Of a stretch of DNA of 64,000 nt, positions 11,561 through 25,589 are shown piece by piece. Position numbers and translations under genes: made by a program. Below the pieces are notes generated by a model. The model did not search any database, had not been told where the DNA came from, and was given only the letters and a program-made list of their open reading frames with translations. Source of the stretch: Camelus dromedarius (lineage: Eukaryota); NCBI RefSeq assembly GCF_036321535.1, contig NC_087436.1, forward strand, positions 35,962,001 to 36,026,000, written 5' to 3'. The stretch's first letter is position 1. The number at the start of each line of letters is the position of its first letter.

Positions 11561-14500
11561 CTAAAGTCTTTTTTAAGAAGAAAAGAAGGGAGGAAGGGAG
11601 GAAGGAAGCACTGCTTTACGCATAGAAGCCTAAATCTCTGCTGTGAATGATCAGAAGCTCTGATTCTTAAAAGAAGTAGGAATTTAGCAGCAAACAACTA
11701 GGCAATTTCTTGTTCACAGAGATGATGAAGGTGATAAAATACACTGTCAGAGATTAGAGAATTTTGTAGGAAGAAGAAATGTCAAAGCAGACTAGAATGA
11801 GAGGTTATCCCAGAATACTACCAAAGGAAGCCTAGTGCTTAGTAAGGGTGTTTACATTAGTAGCATTAGGTGATTATGAGCTGATGTAAAAGTGATAATG
11901 CAAGAAGCTGGCCACAGTAATTTGTGTTGTCTGTGTTTTCAGGAAGAGGTGTGTATTTTGCCTGCAGTAAAACGGATGACTATGGGCAAGTCTGTACTCC
12001 ACCCAAAATGAATCATTTTTTTTGAAGGATGTACTGAATGCTGTTTTAGTTTACTGGTGAGGGTAGGTAAAATCTCATGTAAGTAACTACTAGCTTCTTT
12101 ACTACCATATGTAGGACTTAGATTTTTCTCAATAAAGTAGTACAACTTGGAAAAATTGAAAGGAGGAAGGATGGAAAGAAAGAAAAACTAGTCATCACAC
12201 TAATATTATTTCTCCAGAGAGAGTACTTGCTAACGGGGGAATGGGGGAGGAGACAAGATTTCTGGCAGATTATAATTATTCACATCCTTGTTAGATTAAT
12301 CTCCTTAAAACATTAACTTTATTTTGCTCCTTTTCAGAAGCCTATTATTGACTGAAAAATAAGGTTCACTTGCTTTAGGCTGGCATTCAATCCTTTAACT
12401 TGTCTTCTAAATCCTAAGAGAGTCTCAAAGATTTTGACAGTTGCTCTCCCATTTAAATTGTTAAGACTCAATTTCTGATACATTCCCCTGTTCACTACTG
12501 AACAGACCAGGGGGCTGGGACTCTGGTCTGGGCACAGTTCTCACTGTTTTCAGCCCCATTCACCCTTTAGCCCCAGGTGCTGCTGACATGCAATTCACTC
12601 CCCCTGATCCCAGGAAAGGCTGCCTCAGCCAGGCTCATCCACCCTGCGACCAGGCTCCACTCTACACTCCTACCGTCATTCTCCTTCCTCCCCTTCCAAA
12701 CGTCCTTACCTTTCCTAACCAACTACCTCCAATGATTTCTAAGAAGCACATTTCTTCATCCTTAGTAATCTATAAAATAATGATATACCTTACAATCAAT
12801 CTGACTTGGTTCTTATGTATCCAAAACAATCACCCCACAGAATCATGACTGTTATTTCAAAACTATAATTAAGTGGGAAACGAGACTTTCAAAAACAGTA
12901 TTTCATAGCTCCCAAATGGATCAGAATATCAAATTAAAAACTTGTCAAAACCTTTACAAAAGACTACTAAATAATATCTGCAAATCCTTCAGAATTAGTT
13001 CCTCAGAACCACTTAATAGCTATAATCAAATAAAAAAGACACACACTTTTGGTGGGGCATGATTTACCTGGAATTTGAAAGAGATTTGGTTAGAATTATT
13101 CTTCACAATTCAGTCTAATGGACAGAACACTGGTCTAGGAGTCAAATAATGTTCTTTGATCCGTGCTACCTCATCTGAAAATAAGACGGTTTGACATGAC
13201 TTAAGTCTCTTTCAGCACATACCTTCTGTGGTTTTTATAATTGGTATCTGGATAAAGACCACCTTTATTGGTAGGGGAAAATATGGAAAGATAAGATTCT
13301 AAAATCTAGCACACTATTGTAATTTTAGCTGCTAATTGTGAACCTTATTTTGAGTTATAGGAATCTTTTCTTCTTCTTGAGTTGCAAGTGATGAGACAAT
13401 TTGGCACTTGCAACCTGGCATTTTTTCCCTTTCTTGCTGACTTCCTTCCTCTGATTGCCGCAGACAGGTTGTAGCAAGTAATGCTCTCTTTAGGAGAGAT
13501 TTATTGTGCTCAAATGTACTTTCTGTATTTTCCTCCACTGACATGATGCAACAATAAGCATGTTTATATACTGCCCATGCACTCTGTATTTCTGGCCTTG
13601 AACTTCTTTGGGGAGCCACTACATAATAGGTATTACCACACCTGGAACTTCACTTGTCAAGAAGGAGAAAGACGAAATACTGAAAAGATGTTTTATTCAT
13701 CTCTATTATTGTTATGCCTCAGTAAATTAATAGCTTAGTAAACTCTAGCCTTTATCCTGAGAGTTCATAAAAAATTGCACTGACATAAAAACTGTAAGTA
13801 TCCCCTCCCCTCCACATACAAATAATATATCATTTGCTCTGAAATTCCTGAGATTGACCTCTAATTATAAATACACTGTCACAGATGAATTCTAACAGGA
13901 CTCCCAAATATTTTTAAAGTCCAAAAGAAATAAAGAATCACCTGATCTGAGGTTCAGGTTTACTATTTTCTCTCCCTAAGTGCTTTTGGACAAGTCATCT
14001 TATCTTTTCAAAGGTTTAATGATCATGTGTATAATATAAGCATTTGGACAGTCAGTGGTTTTCAACCCATTTTCTGCCTCAAGACACCAGAGGTGATCCT
14101 ACTCGGTCTCATTAAACACAGAGGCCCACTGCCCTAATAATGCTACAGTGAGAGAGGTGGGTGAGGGTGTGTGTGTCTGTGAAAAGGCTTCCAGGTATAT
14201 CTGAGAAACCTATAGCCCTGTGTGTATGTTCATGGGGGTATGGTCAGTCTGATCTTCTCGTAACTCCCACTCCCCTTGCTACATAGACTAATTAGCTCTA
14301 AGGTCCTTTCCAGCATCAGTTTCTCTGACTCTAAGAATGGAAAGGACTCTTTCAAGAAGAACATGTTTCATTATCTAAGCTGAGCAGGTTTTGCTATTGT
14401 CTGCCTCTAGCTGGCACTAGACTGCTACTCTCTTGCCTTATACTAAAAACAGGGTGAGCAATTACAGGGCACTATGGAGGAGAGAAAAGGGCTCAATTAG

Positions 14501-15886
14501 AAAACTCTCCCACAGTTTTTGATCCCTCGAGTATAGCTCTTGACTTTCTCTACATGATAAAGCCGGTTTCCACCTCCCTAGTTGGGAGGCAGGCTAAGAT
14601 CACCTCTAAGGTCTCTTTAAGGTCTAACATTTCCTGGTTCTAAAATTGAGTAAATTTCATCCTTTTTCATTTGTCTTTTTGACACTTCACTGATTCTCTC
14701 TGGAATTATTTCTTGCTAGACTCTAATTCTACAATTAGCAACAGCATTCTGAAAATTCATGAACTAGCAGGATGTAACTACATTTTAAGCAAGTTCATAC
14801 CTCAAGTTATAGGTCATACTTTGAATTTGTTTCAATTTTTCCTATATAAAGTCTTGTTTGTTTGTTTCTAGGACCTGGGGCTGTGAAGGACCATGGGAAA
14901 CTAAACAGCAGGTTATACTTATAAACACTTGAGTTTCTGAATGCTGCTAGAACAATTAACATATTATAAAACATATAAAGCTACAACCTTCTGTAACTTA
15001 CACAAGATTTTTTTCAAATTAGATGCACTGGTTATTTTTTAACTTAAGAAGAATGCGTTGTTTTACAAAAGCAAAATTAAAAAGACAGCAAATATATCTT
15101 TTTCTACTGACATTCATCATATATGTTTGCAGGATTCTAGATAATAAAATTCTATTATACTCCTTACAAATATTTCAGACATTTCTAGACTGGGATCATT
15201 CTAAATTGCTCTGAAGTGCTGCTATAAATCATTAAAAATAATCCATATGCAATCACCAAAAAGGAAAAAAACCTCCAAGGATTAAGAAATACTGTATAAA
15301 AGACACTTGAAATTATTCACTTCAGTCACTAGAATGCCATTCCTAAAGATATATATAGATACATACATACACACACACACACAGCAGTATGCCAAATGGA
15401 TATATCTCACTGGGCATCAATTTCCTCATGTACAAAATGAGAAAGTATTTGCCAGAGAATTGCTGGGAAGACTGAATAATACATGTCTCAGTGAACCTAC
15501 ATATATAGTAAATTCTCAAGAAGTGGTACTTATGTTTCTCATTTTTTATTATAAATGTTTGGAAGTTCTTAAAAATTATTGGCTTTGGATTCAAACAGAG
15601 TATTAATCAAGCCACTACAAACTATTACTCCGTGGAAGTTCGTAAACTAAGTTTCAGATTTCTCTCTTATAAAAGAAAAGGATAATGCAAAGTGCTTAGC
15701 ATATTAACAAATGGAAAGTGCATAGTTTGCTATTATTAGATGTGCAGTATCACCAACTGCTTGATTTGTCACCAGTGAGTCTTACTTGAGGAACTTCTTA
15801 TGTCACCGACAAGATAAAATGAAGAAGCTGCAGCCATCATCAAGGGTCCTGTATGGTTATTGCATTGGTTTTCTTGCCTGACTCAC

Positions 15887-15973
15887 CTCCAGCTTCAGTT
15901 TCATTAAAGAACTGGGCAACTGGCATATATATGCAGGCTCTGTCAGTATTGCTAGATAAAATTATTCCCCCGA
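15887..15973 (-). other. Candidate spliced exon, 87 nt
   Basis: Minus strand: acceptor 'tctgtttcttttacctgttacatag|TCGGGGG' and consensus donor 'GAG|GTGAGT'; non-repeat sequence. Confidence 0.55.
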
Positions 15974-16664
15974 CTATGTAACAGGTAAAAGAAACAGAAT
16001 AATGATTTATTAATGATTTGCTAAAAACCAACTCTATCTAAGACACAGGCACTAGGAATATCACAAGCAAGAGAGTAAATCTCCCCCTTTCAGGAGCTAG
16101 CAATTTAGGGATAAAAAGGATAAATAGCATTTTAAAGCCATATACATTAAATGTTCAGTGGACACTTTAGTTAAAATGTTCTGTATGAGACTGGAAGGAG
16201 AAAAGTTATTTGAGGCTGGGAAAATACAATGCAATTTGTAAGCAAGTCCCACTTTTCCACTGGTCCATCTACTGATGCGAGAAACCAAAACTGACAAGAT
16301 TTTTAAAAAATATTATATACAAAAAATATAAGGACGTTCAGAAGTATTCACAAACTAGTATGAGCAATTTCATCAAATAACCAAAGAACAGGGTTCAAGT
16401 CCCTACGAGCCTGGAAAATTTTACAAGACAGGCTCTGTGTAGACATATTTTTATCCCAGGGGAGCTGCTTTTGTTTCAAAAGCTGACTGTAAAGACAAGT
16501 TTGGTGGTTTTTTTTTCCCTGTTATTGAGAGAAACATTACTTTTAATATCTAATACTTAAGACAGGTTAAAGAAAAAGGAGAAAAATGCCCCTTTAAAAC
16601 TATGGAGACTTATAATTACTGTGTGGTTTACAACAGTCCCAGTCACAAGACATCTTCCTTTTTT

Positions 16665-16796
16665 GGGGAGAGGGGTATAGCTCAGTGGTAGAGCATGTGC
16701 TAGCATGCACCAAGTCCTGGGTTCAATCCCCAGTACCTCCATTAACCCAAAAAACAAATAAGAAAAAATTGAAAACAAACAAACAAACAAACAAAA
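16665..16796 (+). mobile_element. tRNA-derived SINE (camelid Vic-1-like)
   Basis: A box 'tagctcagtgg', B box 'ggttcaatccc', A-rich/(AAAC)n tail; TSD aagacatcttccttttt (16647-16663) / aagataccttccttttt (16797-16813), 15/17 match. Confidence 0.9.
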
Positions 16797-19074
16797 AAGA
16801 TACCTTCCTTTTTCAACTAAAGCTGGGATCTCTCTGGATAATTTTAAGTCATTTACTGGCTTGCCTTGCATCTGGTACCCAGTGCAGAACATCATATATA
16901 AAACTATGATCTGGCTTTAGATGAGAACAGAACAAAAGAGAAAGCATAATTAGCATGACTATATTACTTGAAGCATGTAAAGAAATTGAATTAGATAATT
17001 TATACAGCTTATCCTTAAATTAACTGAGCTTTGCTAATAAGCAAGACAGAAAAATATCTGTTCTAAAGAATATTAAAAAGTAAATGAAACCAACAGATGT
17101 ATAGAGCTAAAGAGTTACGAAGATGTGCTCTTTCCATAATTTCTGTTATGTCTATATAACAGGGTAATAAAAACAAAATGATTTCAATGAATACTAGAGC
17201 AACTAGAAAAACTGTCAATTCTACAGACCTAGAGAATACTTGAGCTCTTCCATGGGTTTACTACTTGCCTACTGGCAAACTGCCTAACACTTTCATCCCT
17301 CAGTCTTCTATAAGAAGGGGATAACTGCCACTTACTAACTTCACAGTATGTCCTGGCAAATTAATTAAGACAACTGGCCTGGCCTTACTGGTGAGAAAGA
17401 ATAAACTAAAACTAGTCTCTTTCTGAGGGTGCAAATAGGACACAATTTAATTACTGGGAAAATACATATTTATAAAATGTACTTTCTTGACTTGAACATA
17501 TTAGAGTGACATTAAGGAGTAATAAGAATTTTTATTTTCAAAGTACTTTGATTAAACATATTTATTATTAAAATCAATTGTAACCACCATTTGTGGTTTG
17601 GTTTAAGCACAAAAAAGATAACAGAAGATTCCATATAAAACATTCTCAAAATCTGAATATTCACATAATTTAATTTTTATGACTGCTATATTAATATTTT
17701 TCACTCTTACTAGCTCTAATTTTCAGTATAACATACACAAGAATTGTGGAATTCATTGTAATTCTCAAACCTCACAACTCTTGGTTTCTGTAGTATCACA
17801 GGATAAATTTACCATACATTTTCAGCTGTGTTGGTAAAAGATTTTACTACAGAGACAGAGGTCCTTATAATCTTCCCATAACAACCATTAAAGATTTTAA
17901 CCATCAGTGAGTACTGATTTTTCAATAGAATTATAACAAGCTGCAGTCAGCTAAGTACTCTCTGAAAAATAATGTCTACATAAATTAGGTCATCTATTGG
18001 CAATTAAGGAAAAGATCATTTATTTTATCTGAATGAGCTCTTCATTGCCTCATTATTGTTGAATTTGACTTATTGTAGAACTGAGATTGAGTATATATGT
18101 CTATGGTACTAAGGTGCTATTATGGTGCTAAGGAATGGTAGAGAATTTAGTTCAGGAAACTTAAGACATCAAAATTTAATGACAGTAAAGTTTTTATATA
18201 TGTATATACAATTACACTTTTAAAAATAAAGAGAAATGCATGTTCATAGCAGAAAATTTAGAAAACAGAGGGAAATATATACATACTACCTTTTCTACAG
18301 ATAATCACTTTTAAACATTTTAATATATATATCTTTTCAGTTTTTTTCCTACAAAAGTATATGTACACACAATTAGGCATATACAGTAGTTTTTAAAAAA
18401 GAATTTATACTGAAAATTTCTAGGGAAAATGAAGGGCTAATTCTCCTCAGACTACTCATGAACAACGTCAATGTGACTGAATAAAATGTGAACATTACAT
18501 GCAGGTTCAAATATGAAGTGCAGTCTACTTACAAAGGACACTTAATAAAGTTAAAATGAAATTAAGTTTTTCAAAGTATTCATTTGTAAAAAGAGAGAAG
18601 TATTCATAACTTCAATTTTAAATCAGAAAAAATATATTTGCAAAATGCATGGGATGGTTTAATGAATCTGGAGGCTCTACATGTAAAATTAGCATAAACT
18701 AATTCCACTAACCCATAGGATTATAAAAGCTAAATAAGATAATGATTATTAAAAGTTCTATACAAACTAAAATCGTTATTTTTATAATGTCCCATTTTCA
18801 AGATTCTACTTACTAATTTGTAATTAATCTGGTTTCTGCATATGGACCTTGACAGGTATTATATACAACAAGTGCTACTTTGCTCAAAAAAAAAATGCAT
18901 TGAAAATATTTTGTCTCTGGTAAAACGGAAAAATTAACAGTCGCAAAAGACAAAAATATACCTACATTGAATTCAGAGACTATCCAAATGGTTACAGATG
19001 GTCTTCATTCATTGAGACTACCAGTTGTATAATCTGTCAATTTTTACCCTATCAGTCCTTCTATGTTTTATACA

Positions 19075-19290
19075 TTTTTTCGGCTTTACTGAGGTGTCAA
19101 TGACGTTCAATAAATTCTTCATATGTAAAGTGTATAATTTTATAAGTTTTTGCCCCATAAATATACTCCTGTGAAACCATCACTATAATCAAAATAATGA
19201 ACATATCCATCACTCCCAAAAGTTTTTTTTCTGCCACTTTGAAATCTCTTTTAATCCTCATCCTACCTTGTCCACAAGCAACCTCAGTCC
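19075..19290 (-). mobile_element. Old L1 (L1MC/ME-like) 3' end fragment
   Basis: 'ggctttactgaggtg...gtgaaaccatcactataatcaaaataatgaacatatccatcactcccaaaagt'. Confidence 0.75.
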
Positions 19291-19329
19291 TTTTTAGATT
19301 TCTCTATACACTTCAATCATTCTCCAACT

Positions 19330-19500
19330 AGGTGCTTCTCAAACTTTAATGCACATACAAATTATCTGGGAGATCTTGTTAAAATATCGAATACTCAGGC
19401 CATCAGTCTTTTCCAGAAACATATTAGAATTGCTAAATCTCAGTCTCCAGCCCAGAAATACAAGTGACTTGAATGCATATTAAACTCTGAGAATCATCGC
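19330..19500. mobile_element. MER5-type hAT-Charlie MITE
   Basis: 'gtgcttctcaaactttaatgcacatacaaattatctgggagatcttgttaaaat...ctctgagaatcatcg'. Confidence 0.7.
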
Positions 19501-21160
19501 TTAATCATCCATTCAACTCCCTTTCCTCCATGTGGCAAAACTCAGTCCCAATCAATGACTATCTCCATTTCACACAACTATAACTGATGGCTAAGTACTG
19601 ATAAAGAAAAATCTCAACAAAAATTTCTCCACTCTTACATGGATCCTTAACCTTGCTTGGCATTCCGATTCCCTCAGATAAGCTATTTCAGTTTCCTCAG
19701 AAGTTATTTCAAGCTTCTCCATTCTCCTCAAATCCCTAATCTGACTGTTTTCCTTTCTTCTTAGCAGTTGACCTAGATGCCAATGTCACAGAGGAAATAA
19801 AAGGCATTAGATGGGAAATCTCTTAACTTCCTGGCATCAATAAATGTACAAACTCTATCTTTACATAATCTCTTTCTTCTGAATCTTCATACTCCCCCAT
19901 GTATATGAATCCTTCTGCACTCATTATGGACTCCTCTTCTGTCCACCCTTGAATACTGAAGTGCACCTGGGTTTTTTCCTATTCAGTCTTTTCTTCAGCT
20001 ACAATACACTTACCCCGGGGAATACTAAACATTCCAAACACTTTCAATTATCACTAAAATGCTGAGTCTTAAATCTGTATCATCAGCTAACTGAACTAAG
20101 GATCCAATCGCTATTTAATATTTTAAGTACCTTAAAGTCAATATATCCCATATGGAGCTCTTTACCTTTCCTCCAAAATGTATTCCTGTTTTCCCTCTCC
20201 TCCTGTGAAACACACCACCACCCAATCAGTTCTCAATACCAAGACTGACTATATAATTTGCAAGGCTAAGTTTAAAATGAAAATTTGGGCTCCTTATTCA
20301 AAAACTACGAAGAATTTGAAGATAGCAACAAAAGCATTAAACCAATAGTGAGGCCCTTCTGGGCACAGGGCCCCATGGAACTGTATTGGCTGCATGCTCA
20401 TGACACTGATTCTGTCATAGAATAAACATGGCCATCATCTAGCCAACCGTGATGTCCTGCACATTCTACTTCTAAGGATCTCTAAAAAACAACTAATTCT
20501 TTTCATTCCACCTTCATCATTCCCGAATTTAGGCCACTGATTTTCCTCCTAGGTGGCTGAAAAGTCACATCTAGCAACAGACCCTCACTGTCCATCCTCT
20601 TACTACAATCAGAGAATTCTAAAACAATCTGATTATGTCATCTTCTGCTTTAAAAGTCTTAATGATTATTCTTGCTCTCAGGATAAAATAAAAACTCCTT
20701 GCCATGGCATTCAAAGACTGTTATGGTTAAGCCATAGATTACCACTTCAGCCTCACTTCCGTCACTGTCATCTTTCCCTCCATGCCCTGGCCATACTGAA
20801 CTACAGACACATCATGTGCTCTCTCCATTTTAGGCCTTTGCACATACTGTTACTCTCTTCCTGAAACATCTCATCCCTTCCGTCCCGTCACTTCTAGCCC
20901 TCTTACCAGGCTGATTCTAAGAAATTTTTCTTTTTTCCTACATCTAGTTTTAGTGTTCTCTCTCTCCTACCCCCTTCCTGTTGGAGTTCTCTGCATTTCT
21001 GCCATCACAGAATTTAGCAAACTTTACTGTTGCCCCCTTTTTACTTGTCTGTAACCACCACTAAACAGTATGCCTAATCAGAGAGATTCTATCTATTTAT
21101 TCATTCTTGTACTCCCAAACCTGGCATGGTACACACCAAGACACTAAATAAATATGTTTG
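19500..21160 (+). mobile_element. Long L2 remnant (interrupted by MER45A)
   Basis: Pyrimidine-rich L2 body with 'aatctgattatgtca...ctcaggataaaataaaaactccttgccatggcattcaa', ending 'cctggcatggtac...ctaaataaatatgtttg'. Confidence 0.75.
20240..20414. mobile_element. MER45A-like hAT-Tip100 MITE
   Basis: 'tataatttgcaagg...aaaatgaaaatttgggctccttattcaaaaa...gcattaaaccaa...ggcccttctgggcacagggcccc'. Confidence 0.75.
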
Positions 21161-21589
21161 GAAGGTAAAAAAAAAAAAAAAAAAACCAAACCCCAGCAAA
21201 CAAAATGCTGAAAATAGTTTTATCAAAGGCAAAATAAAATCAGAAATTTCATAATGATTATTAACTCTCTGGGAACAGAACCTTCCCATTAACTCATAAA
21301 TCTGAAGTCTAATTTGGCACATTACACTTATGCTATCTTTTTTGGGATTCATTATACATAAATATTGGGAAGGATCCCAGATTTTCAAAAGCACAAGTAA
21401 TTTTCAAAAAGAATACATTTGTATTAGCCTACTAGATTAAGATATAAAAGATATAATATTATAATGAATACATAATCTACTACATATAAGTCAACCACAC
21501 TTAATAATGCAAAATAAACTGAGCAAATTTTAAAAGAGTAGAATAAACAAAATTTATTAAGTACTGTTTTTAAGTTATTTAAAATTTAT

Positions 21590-21755
21590 TATTTATTTAA
21601 TCCTCACAACTCTGTGTTGTAGGTACTACTGTCATTTCCATTTTACAGGTGAAAAAATAGTCACACTGATTCAATATTTGCCTAAGGTCATACATATGGC
21701 AGGAGTGGTAACTGGGATTCAAACCCATGGCTTGAGTCCATGTTCTTAACCATCA
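21590..21755 (-). mobile_element. MIR SINE
   Basis: 'atttaatcctcacaactctg...ccattttacaggtgaa...tttgcctaaggtcatac...ctgggattcaaaccca'. Confidence 0.8.
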
Positions 21756-22389
21756 CAAATCAAGCTATAACAGGTTAGATCCAATCAATCAATAAACTGA
21801 AAAATGTTAAATTGCCATCCAAAAATGGTTCCCTAATAATAGTTACTGGTATGCTAAAAACAGGTGCCAATAATGTTATAGTGAACAGTGTCTATTTTGA
21901 AATGATGTCTACTTCGACTCATAAATGTCACTGTTAATAAGACAGAATGGAATGCTTATAAGCAAGGTATTGCTGAACACCCTCATTCATGAAAGACCCT
22001 CAAGCTGCAAATATATATTTATGTCTCATAAGCAAAGTAAAAGCTTGTAAACAAGAAGCAGATACTTCTTTGATTCGATTGGTACCTGCCAAAAGTAAAG
22101 CAAGCTTCTATGATACGTATCACTCACCACAGGATTATACATGCAGAAAATTTTCAGGTCAGTGATAAAGGAATATACTGCAACTGACTTTACTTTCAGT
22201 ACACAGAATTAGGTGGATTACTCAACTTCCCATTCAATAGCCATCATCAGATTTTCTCAGGGCCTTTAAATCCATTCCCAGCAACTCCCAAGGTCAGTAG
22301 CAACCCTGCTAAGTAGTTCAGACTCTAAAAGCCATCAGAAGTCACTGACTTCTAGGAAGAATATCCAAATGAACAAAAGTGACATTTCT

Positions 22390-22550
22390 TGTAGAATCAG
22401 TTACTAGCTGTTAGATCCTGGACAAAGTTTCTTAACCTCCATGAGACTGTTTCCTTACCTACAAAATAGTATGAAAAATATCTACCTCAACCACTTTATT
22501 CTGCAGATTGAAATGAGATAATATATGTAAACTACTTAGCCTACCACATA
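22390..22550 (+). mobile_element. MIR SINE
   Basis: 'ttactagctgttagatcctggacaaagtttcttaacctcc...tttccttacctacaaaat'. Confidence 0.75.
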
Positions 22551-24099
22551 GAAAATGAATTTTTTAATTAAAAATATATATAAAGTAACTTGTATTTATC
22601 TTTTCCTATCTATCTGACTTTCCATAACCTCTCCGTTTTTTGCACTGTAACATTTACTATATCAAACCACCTAGTACTAAGTATCAAAAGCCTCTAGCCT
22701 GCTTTTTCCCCAGGCATAAATTTTCACATTAATTAATTCATTCAATACTGGTGGGAATGTTTCCTAGCACTAGACAGAATGTATGAACTAAAAGACATGA
22801 GCTGAAAAAAAGGAAAAACACTGTCCCTACAAAGCATCAGTAATGTTTCCGATGAGGCCTGACTTTCTGAACACACTTTCAGGTTAAAGACAGAAAAAGA
22901 AAAATTTATGCCTATCTGGATGAAGCCAGGCCTCAGGTTCAAAAGTTTTTTTCTTTTCTGCTTCATTTATGAAACTGTAAAATCCTATCAGTCTTTCAGT
23001 TTCTGAGAAATGTAAAACATGAATTCCATGCTTTGTGTTTCTACAGATTGGAGACTGATTTAATGTGCATATAATGCAAATTCATTAACCTAACACTTTT
23101 CTCCTTATTTTCCTCTAGTAATACTTAAACCATACCTTCTTCAAACTTTTGTTCTTGTGAGCAGTCATAAATTGAATAAAGTACTGATATGAAGGGATGG
23201 TACACTTTTTGTTTTATGATTTCATAGTAGAACCATGATAATATAAATATTTTGGAAATGGGGAGCATTTCTAGAATAAAGATGAAAAGCTTCAGTCTTG
23301 TTCGTGTTTATTTTGAGTTCGTAAGTTCTATGTAATTGTATTAGAAGAGCTATGCTAATGTTGATCAAGATTAGAACAGACAGAAGGATACAGATGGTAG
23401 TTCATTCAGCATATATTATAGACTATATTGACAAGTGTGTGTATGTGTCCATGTGTAGAAGGCAAATCATATGGTGGGGGGAGAGGGAGGAAGAAAACTT
23501 CCTGCTGGATCAATACTGAGCCAGATAGGCTAAATGAGAAAATAATGTATTATGCATACAATAAATGACAGGGTGCTTCAATCTTCAGTCTTCCTGTTTT
23601 TCGCTTAACATTTTCCAGTCCACTTTCTCCAAATAGACTCATATCAATCCAGGTCAGTTAAAATACATAAAGGTTAGTCTCCAATTTAGGAATTAGCCAA
23701 AAAACTGGAAAAGCTCCTTAGAAACTGGATTTCTGACAGTGCAAGATGAGGACTTTAGATATACAGCCACTGCAGATTCCTTGAGATCTCAGAAACCATT
23801 GTGCCAAGAAACACAGAGGAAGGGGCACAGATACAACATGTGTTAAACATCAAAGTGAGAGAGAAAAAGGAGTTATCACCAGGTTTCCCAAAGGAATCCT
23901 AAGAGTTAACATACAATTCATTTATGGTGATGATTAATGACAAATTGCTGATATACTCTGTATAACAGGAGGAAAAATTTCAACATTAGAATTAAAAGGG
24001 AAAAATAAAATAATTGAAGATACAACATCTTAAAATTTCAAGTGTTAAAGTCAGATATTTATCCATGACATTTTAATCTTTTTTTTTTCTGGAGGAAAA

Positions 24100-24290
24100 T
24101 AATAATGATGGCTATTGCGTCTCAAGGGCTCACTTTGTAACAAGCTCAAAGCTAAATGGTTCTTATGAGTTACATCACATAACCCACCAACACTTCTGAA
24201 AAGGAGGTAGTATTCCCATTTTACAGATGAGCACAGTGCCTCATATCACACAGTAAAGGCCAAAATAGAATTCAAATCCAGCTTCAAATT
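24100..24290 (-). mobile_element. MIR SINE
   Basis: 'gaggtagtattcccattttacagatgag...aattcaaatcca'. Confidence 0.65.
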
Positions 24291-25589
24291 ATTTAAGACC
24301 CATTTATACTACAGATTATTTTAAGGGAAAGACAGACAAAAAGGAGTTATGCTACCCTGTATTATGTAAGAGGTACTTTTGCACAACTGCTCTTGGTTTT
24401 TCAGCTGTTGGAGATTAATACTGAGAGAACATCTAAAGAACTACCATTCTCCTAAATGAAGGGCCACAGAATGGAATGAAGTTTACCAAAGTTAATACAA
24501 CTATACGATACATTGTTTTAGACTGATATGAAATCAACATACATATAGATTCCCTAGAGAATTCATAATTTAACAATGAGATAAGTTACTCACATATATA
24601 ATTTAAAAATGACAATATATCTGCTTCATCCAAATGCTAACATCTATCTGATGTTTTCTAAATTAAATCTACTTATTTACATGGCAAATGTTCACCAGGA
24701 CTTGACAGTGCCAAAAACCATCCTAGACCAGGCCATAGATAAAACATGATCACTGCCCTTGTGACTACCAAAGATGCATACATACATTTTTACATTCACT
24801 CTTTCACTCTTACATTCCACAAATGAGTAACTCTATGTAATGGGTGACTTCTTTGTGCTACTCAGTGCTAACTTGTATCTAAAAGCAATCACACTTTACA
24901 GTAATATAGGTATTTAATGCTAAACACCCAACCTCTCTTGCTGAATTCTGCACAAACATAAAACCTATATTCACTGTCCATGCTTCAAAATATTTAAAAC
25001 ATTAAAGAAAGAAGAATGTCAAGAAGTTTCAGATGATTAGGCGAGCCCAAAAAAGCCTATCCATTCAAATAGTCAGCCTAAATTTCCAAGGACAGCACTG
25101 CCAAGGAATGATCTTTAAATATATCTACTCCTTTCAGGAGGCAAGGCATTTAGAACCAGACCATGCTATTAGGTAATAGACTATTTAGTCTATTTAGTAA
25201 TAGTCTATGCTATTAAGTTCCTAATGTTCAACTTTCACACATTATGGGTTAAGTGGGGTTCACATGTTACACAGAGGACCCGTATTATTAACTTAGTCCT
25301 CTAACTCCAGACTGGATTTATATGACCTGGGTCAAAATTTGATGTTTTCTTTTTCTTTTTGATACATATTTGGAATTGTCTTTAAAAAGAAAAAAAATAT
25401 AGAAGAGTAAAAATATATGCAGTGTTCATAGGGTCAAAAGTAATTTTCAATGGTTAGTCTCAAAATTCAAATCCCAAATTTGCTAATATTCACATTTATG
25501 CTAAGTGATTGAATAATAAAATCATCTATGCTTGCTAATTCAATTCAAAATTAGAAAGAGATCAGAAATCATCTTTTCCAATCTCTAAC

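Noticed and set aside
13332..13619. 95-aa minus-strand ORF in unique sequence
   Set aside because: Starts at GTG, shows no recognisable homology, and has no convincing matched splice-site pair.
16665..16740. tRNA gene
   Set aside because: The tRNA-like head is followed by an A-rich tail and flanked by a TSD, with two related copies in the window; it is a SINE.
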